Assembly (NCBI GenBank): GCA_965197905.1
Contig: CBDAOB010000005.1
Location: forward strand, 224,001-288,000
DNA: 64,000 nt
Source: Candidatus Latescibacterota bacterium
Lineage (GTDB): Bacteria; Latescibacterota; UBA2968; UBA8231
Direction: 5' to 3'
The notes below the pieces were generated by a model. That model saw only the letters and a program-made list of their open reading frames with translations. It searched no databases and had not been told where the DNA came from. Of this stretch, positions 59,901 through 64,000 are shown piece by piece. Position 1 is the stretch's first letter. Every line of letters begins with the position of its first letter. The translations under genes and the position numbers were made by a program.

Positions 59901-60770
59901 GCATGGGTCGACGGAGAAGAGGTGATCTCGAGAGATGCCGCCACGGCGGACGCGAGGTGTGTCGTGGCACTTGGCGCCGGCTCGCACACCGTGCTGTTGC
60001 GCGTGGAGGTGGACGCCACCCAACAGCTGGAAACCTATGCCTTTTTCTATCTCGGAGATCCTCCCGAACACGATCCGCTGATTCCGCAGCTGCAATGGTT
60101 CGACGCACAGGCACCCGACTACGAAGTGAGAACCTCCGGGCAGCTAAACGTCGGTTGGTTTCGCTTCGACGCGCCGCCAGGTCTGCGCGAGATCCGGCTC
60201 AACTGCGATGCGGAACAGGTGGAAGCCTGGGCCAATGGTATTCCCCTGCGTGTGGACGGGAACCGGGCGCATCCGGACCAGATCATCGAAGATCGTTCGG
60301 CGATCGCCCTTCGCGTCCGCCAGCGGAGAGGTGCGTACGAAGGGGCTGCCTTTGTGGAGCCGATAGCGTTCGAGTGTCGTGGGGGTCGGATTCCGGCGGG
60401 CGACTGGTGCGATCATGGTCTGGGGGAATACTCCGGCGGCGCTATCTATCGTCGCACGGTTCGACTGGCGCCGGAGCACCTTTCTGGTGCCGTCTTGCTC
60501 GACCTCGGGACCGCGGCGGCGACCGCGGCTTTGCGGGTGAACGGCAACGAGGCGGGGGTGCGCATGGCGCTGCCGTTTCGCTTCGACATTACCGATCTGG
60601 CGCGACCCGGAGAGAATGAGATCGAGGTATCGGTGGTCAATACCCTCGCCAATCACATGAGCTCCTATCCCACCAACTTTATCTACGAGGGGCAGCTGGT
60701 CTCCGGCTTACTCGGCCCGGTCCGGCTCGAATTCCATGCGCGCTTCGAGATGGACGCGGTTCTCGTTTGA
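56934..60770 (+). CDS. Large glycoside hydrolase (GH106 alpha-L-rhamnosidase-like, GH2-type C-terminal sugar-binding domain)
   Basis: F..P......WWW, YW.EEWW, TDE, KLASS.AH..GR, G.N....HG, QPYW, RL..LL.QG, LDLG...VNG...NTLAN..SGLLGPV. Confidence 0.8.
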   Translation: MHQEIHMPSALDELKRGFAQPRADYGPIDCWWWEAARLDKEKMRWQLEELKDKGVAGTWYYPRYIGEEDLACRPRYWTEEWWDLTKFAVEEHERLGLAYWFSDWTAHEFIQEKLRSEVDARPEFHGRRLVFRQEEATGPGPLALKIDSGDVVLDAAAFRTAGGGLDYATRVDLTADLQDGELRWRAESSGWIVTMVCVEPFDLDYINPELTARWIEILLGTYESRMGRHMGATIKAFGTDEWRFMQGNVLYSSALMQRFQAEKGYDPSAYLVGLFRDIGQPTDKIRCEYYEVMCSEIAENFYRPFAAWLEERNMLFTEFCPRGKTENLLEQTHHYGDFFRYMGSYHIPGNEERCLKGDRVRKFQAKLASSIAHVSGRSRVGLCAYWGSGWGHTTQENLAWTNENYAYGINLYNRHGVLYSTMAGWYEWVPPAVHFRQPYWKYWRTFTEYVSRLSYLLSQGTHRADVALVYPLATLHANWEDRWKFNKTAETFSKAMYDLAKAVYRGGIDLDFVDDASLGNARVDGDRLVIAEMPFRAVLLPPMTTVRLQTMRLIAEFHRGGGTVVCFGCLPTASDEGGRGDPALAELLEELFGISSSAGVQKTLERERVMFAPTDLDSIPAMLTRSITRDLIASQANVFHTHQIVNGVHLYYIYNHAADRRRIELDLDAVGVPLRFDAGSGQVGEIHRFEISSDRTRVRLDMHAFEGIPLVIDGGGERPQLLEDNLGVVDRVEEMGESVRISGTDADGGGKQVRLRHRGREYAGELEVAAPPAAIDLDGAWDFRLEPTMNNRWGDFRYPAADRDIGAEVRRFRYREEGDIPGEELGWHQAAYDDGDWRQVTYTHGPYWSTLGPIPVADDSPETTAFVHRDPPLETDLEVAGTVLRWEQYRFSKRFGFENRSSAEVTATELGSLMGVQPHFLRFPAVEAAATDMPDFEATLAAPEARAQDTRNSASSGQRYARYFRTCIIVHHEGQYTFDFGGPAALQRKAWVDGEEVISRDAATADARCVVALGAGSHTVLLRVEVDATQQLETYAFFYLGDPPEHDPLIPQLQWFDAQAPDYEVRTSGQLNVGWFRFDAPPGLREIRLNCDAEQVEAWANGIPLRVDGNRAHPDQIIEDRSAIALRVRQRRGAYEGAAFVEPIAFECRGGRIPAGDWCDHGLGEYSGGAIYRRTVRLAPEHLSGAVLLDLGTAAATAALRVNGNEAGVRMALPFRFDITDLARPGENEIEVSVVNTLANHMSSYPTNFIYEGQLVSGLLGPVRLEFHARFEMDAVLV

Positions 60771-60820
60771 CACACGCCCTTTACTGGCGATAATTTGGGG
60801 CGACCGAAGGACGTTCTATC

Positions 60821-62413
60821 ATGACTACCACGACCAGCGTCGAATCGGATCTGGGCGACCGCCTGAAGCGGCTCAACGAGATCGGAGTCGCATTGAGCGC
60901 CGAGCGGGACCTCACCGTTCTGTTGGAGCGCATCCTCTACGAAGCCCGGCGTTTCACCCATGCCGACGCCGGCACCCTCTTTCTGGTAGAGGACGATCAT
61001 CTGAACTTTGAAATCGCCCAGAACGACACCCTCCACAGCTTTATGGTCGGGCGCTCCGGCGGCAACCACGTTCCCCCAGTCCCCATCAACAAAGAGAGCG
61101 TTTCGGGGTATGCTGTCGTCACCGGCGAGATCCTCAATATCGAGGATGTCTACACCGACACCGAACACCGCTTCGAAGGTCCCAAGCAGTACGACCGGCT
61201 CAGTGGATACCACACCTCGTCCATGCTCGGGGTGCCCATGAAGGATCACGAAGGCGAGATCATCGGCGTGCTTCAGCTGATCAATGCTACCGATACCGAC
61301 ACCGGCGAGGTGACCGCTTTCACGCTGGCCGATGAAGAGTTGATCCAGTCGCTGGCGTCCCAGGCCGCCGTGGCCATTGAAAACGTCCACCTCATCGGTG
61401 AGATGGAGAAGCTGTTCGAATCGTTCGTCCAGGTGATGGCAACGGCCATCGACGAGCGCTCGCCGTACACCGGCGGTCATATCAAACGGGTGGCCGAGAT
61501 GACGATGGTGGTGGCCAGAGCGGTAAACAGATGCGACGCGGGAACGCTCGCCGATGTCAAATTCGACGAAGACGAAATGAACGAACTCAGGATCGCCGCT
61601 TGGATGCACGATATAGGCAAGATTACCACCCCTGAATGGGTGGTCGACAAACCTACCAAGTTGACCACGATTTACGATCGCATCGACCTGCTGAGAGCGC
61701 GTTTTGCGTTAGTCAGAGCTTCCATCGAAAATGAGCATTTACAACAGAAGCTGGAGTTTCTGGAAGGCGGGAAGAGCGTTCCCGACGAATTCGAGAGCTC
61801 CTACGCCAAACACATTTCCCAGGTCGATGAGGTATTGGAATTTCTCGAGCGGGCGAACACCCCTGGAGAGTTCATGCAGGACGAGGACCTGGAACGGTTG
61901 CGGGAGATCGGGAGTTACAGTTACAGCCTGGCCGGCGATTCACGACCGTATCTCAGCCCTGACGAAATGGAGAATCTGTCCATCCGCAAGGGCAGCCTAA
62001 CCGACGCCGAGCGACAGAAGATCAACGATCACGCCGAGATGAGCATTCGCATGCTCGAGCAGATCCCGTTCACGCGAAAGCTGCAACAGGTCACGCCCAT
62101 TGCCGGGGCCCATCACGAAAAGCTGAACGGCACCGGCTATCCTCGCGGCCTCAAGGCGGACGAGATCAATGTTCAAGCGCGCATTCTGGCGCTGGTCGAT
62201 ATCTTCGAGTCGTTGAGCGCCGACGATCGTCCCTACCGGTCGCGGCCCATGCCGCGGGAGCTGGTGTTGAAAATCCTCCAGGAGGAGGTGGACGCCAACC
62301 ATATCGATGGAGACCTCTTCGCGCTTTTCCTGAAGGAGGAGTTATATCTCGAGCTGGATAAGATCAAAGCGGAAATGGCCCGAGATCGGGAGGAGATTTC
62401 GAACGGCGACTGA
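60821..62413 (+). CDS. GAF + HD-GYP domain cyclic-dinucleotide phosphodiesterase
   Basis: GAF (SGY....G..LNI.DVY, GVLQLIN), YTGGH..RV, HDIGK, HHEKLNGTGYP, DRPY. Confidence 0.92.
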   Translation: MTTTTSVESDLGDRLKRLNEIGVALSAERDLTVLLERILYEARRFTHADAGTLFLVEDDHLNFEIAQNDTLHSFMVGRSGGNHVPPVPINKESVSGYAVVTGEILNIEDVYTDTEHRFEGPKQYDRLSGYHTSSMLGVPMKDHEGEIIGVLQLINATDTDTGEVTAFTLADEELIQSLASQAAVAIENVHLIGEMEKLFESFVQVMATAIDERSPYTGGHIKRVAEMTMVVARAVNRCDAGTLADVKFDEDEMNELRIAAWMHDIGKITTPEWVVDKPTKLTTIYDRIDLLRARFALVRASIENEHLQQKLEFLEGGKSVPDEFESSYAKHISQVDEVLEFLERANTPGEFMQDEDLERLREIGSYSYSLAGDSRPYLSPDEMENLSIRKGSLTDAERQKINDHAEMSIRMLEQIPFTRKLQQVTPIAGAHHEKLNGTGYPRGLKADEINVQARILALVDIFESLSADDRPYRSRPMPRELVLKILQEEVDANHIDGDLFALFLKEELYLELDKIKAEMARDREEISNGD

Positions 62414-62426
62414 ACGCCGGGTCGAA

Positions 62427-64000
62427 TTGGTAATCAATTTCCAGCCGCTCTCTCGATTCGGGAGCGGTTTTTTTTTCGTCCCCCTGCGCCACGCCACCTG
62501 TCGCGGAATTCTCATCCTACTGAGCCTTTCCGCGGTTTACTTAACAGCCCCGCAGACGGCATCCGCTTCCTGTGCGCAACGGCCGCTATGGCCCCTGCGC
62601 GGAGCGACTCCAGTTCAGGGCACCTGCGGCGCGCTGGTGATCTTCGCCCGCTTCCAGGGTGAGGCCGCGAGCGCAACAGCACCCCCGTTCGCGGCTGAGA
62701 TTTTCGATCCACAGCGCGCCGGCAGCCTGAGCCATTTCTACAGCGAAATGTCCCATGGTCAGTTTGCCCTCACCGGCGAGGTTCTGGAGCGCTGGTACGC
62801 TTCCGAAAACAACGCCCAGTTCTACATGGCGAACACCGGGCCGCAGGATTCCTTTGGTCTGTTCGCGGCCGACATCCTACGCCAGGTGGACAACGAGATT
62901 GATTTCGGCCTGTTCGACAACGACGGGACCGATGGCGTTCCGAACTCCGGCGATGACGACGGCTTCGTGGATATGATCTTCATGACCATGCTGACGGTCC
63001 CGCAAGGGTTCTTGATCGGCACCGCGACCGGTGTCGCCCGGCTGGGTCTGCGCGAGAACTTCACCACCGCGGATCCCTCCCGTCGCGGTGGATCGATCAA
63101 GATTCGCAACGATACCCATAGGAATGGACCGGCCGGGGTCCTGCTGCGGGGCCACACATTCGAGGTGGCCGTGGGCAGCATGGCGCACGAATTCGGCCAT
63201 TTCCTCGGGTTGCCCGATCTCTTCAACACCCGTTTCGCGCAAGCGGAGGGAGCGATCGAACCTGAACAGGATTCGGCCGGAATCGGGTACTGGGGGTTGA
63301 TGGCTCACGGAACCCGTGGCTGGGATGAAGCCGGTGGTCCGAATCCGTTTTGCGCCTGGAGTCTGGAGCAGCTTGGGTGGATCGGCGCAAACAACAGCGA
63401 CCTGGAGGTCGTCGAGAGCAACCGGTTTGATGTTGAGTTCGTGGATGTGAACGCCGGCGGCAAGGTTAGGAAGATCGCGATATCCGGTTCCGAGGAGTAC
63501 TTCCTCATCGAGCATAGAGGCCGGGAGACGAGCTACTACGAGCGGGATCTGCCCGCCAGCGGATTGCTCGTATGGCATGTGGATCCTTCACAGCCAGATG
63601 ATGACGATGAACGTGCCAAGCTGGTCGACCTGGTATCCGCAGATGGATTGTATGTCGACGCCGGGTTCCCCCTGGGCAGCGAACCCGCGCCACGGGTCGG
63701 TTTCGACAATCTCGATTTCTGGGCCAACGACGATGAGTACCAACGCACCCGGGGCGGAAACCTTGGTGACGCCGGTGATCCGTTCGATGGCGTTACCACT
63801 ACCGAATTTTCCGTTGTCTCCAATCCCGCCGCCCCTTCAGGGCTTGCCATCGCCAACATCAGGCGCACTTCCGGCGGCATGGTCGCCGATATTCTGCTAG
63901 ACGATCGTCGCCGTGCAGGGATCGTACTCGACGACGAAGAGTGGCAAGGATCCATACAGGTCGTGGGGGATGTAGTCGTTGGTCCCCGGGGGCGGTTGGA
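62427..64000 (+). CDS. Second M6 family metalloprotease, partial (runs off window; start uncertain)
   Basis: Open frame absent from the ORF track: ILILLSLSAVYL signal, ALVIFARFQGE, DFGLFDNDGTDGVPNSGDDDGFVD, HEFGHFLGLPDL, GLLVWHVD; paralog of 30584..33976. Confidence 0.85.
   Translation, partial: MVINFQPLSRFGSGFFFVPLRHATCRGILILLSLSAVYLTAPQTASASCAQRPLWPLRGATPVQGTCGALVIFARFQGEAASATAPPFAAEIFDPQRAGSLSHFYSEMSHGQFALTGEVLERWYASENNAQFYMANTGPQDSFGLFAADILRQVDNEIDFGLFDNDGTDGVPNSGDDDGFVDMIFMTMLTVPQGFLIGTATGVARLGLRENFTTADPSRRGGSIKIRNDTHRNGPAGVLLRGHTFEVAVGSMAHEFGHFLGLPDLFNTRFAQAEGAIEPEQDSAGIGYWGLMAHGTRGWDEAGGPNPFCAWSLEQLGWIGANNSDLEVVESNRFDVEFVDVNAGGKVRKIAISGSEEYFLIEHRGRETSYYERDLPASGLLVWHVDPSQPDDDDERAKLVDLVSADGLYVDAGFPLGSEPAPRVGFDNLDFWANDDEYQRTRGGNLGDAGDPFDGVTTTEFSVVSNPAAPSGLAIANIRRTSGGMVADILLDDRRRAGIVLDDEEWQGSIQVVGDVVVGPRGRL
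62443..62476 (+). terminator. Rho-independent terminator
   Basis: AGCCGCTCTC-tcgattc-GGGAGCGGTT stem followed by a T run, 30 nt after the HD-GYP stop. Confidence 0.75.

Noticed and set aside
1..64000. CRISPR arrays, tRNA/rRNA, transposases, prophage genes
   Set aside because: No regularly spaced repeats, RNA gene signatures or mobile-element ORFs recognised by eye.

Overview
GC-rich, gene-dense bacterial window. The exported proteins with dockerin-like EF-hand and FlgD-Ig (T9SS-type) C-termini, plus many glycoside hydrolases, suggest an FCB-group lineage such as Latescibacterota (inference only). In order: (i) 1-15169, minus-strand amino-acid/sugar catabolic block (kbl 5' end, tdh, SDR, SGNH, sarcosine-oxidase-like flavoenzyme, Ser/Thr dehydratase, amidohydrolase, M20 peptidase, Rid, ThDP enzyme, Gfo/Idh/MocA, GH38); (ii) a large NHL/Ig/cohesin/dockerin exported protein, a NAGPA-family protein and two tandem MBL hydrolases; (iii) lepB followed by a complete Pup-like tagging/proteasome operon of the UBact type (arc-dop-UBact[RTGQ]-prcB-prcA-pafA, 23482-30049), whose ATPase lacks the HbYX tail; (iv) M6 metalloprotease, gatB, S9 peptidase, TIM-barrel epimerases; (v) four consecutive genes at 39.4-44.9 kb, each broken by a single lesion (three frameshifts, one in-frame TAG); (vi) an apparently uncharacterised minus-strand operon of exported proteins (Cys/His-rich beta-barrel, 55-aa His/Asp lipoprotein in the MbnP slot, MbnH/MauG-type diheme enzyme, L-domain LRR lipoprotein, two NHL lipoproteins, cytochrome P460-like protein, 49845-56760); (vii) GH106-like hydrolase, GAF/HD-GYP phosphodiesterase and a second M6 protease running off the end. 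I recognised no rRNA, tRNA, CRISPR array or transposase. Family calls come from motif recognition, not from database searches.
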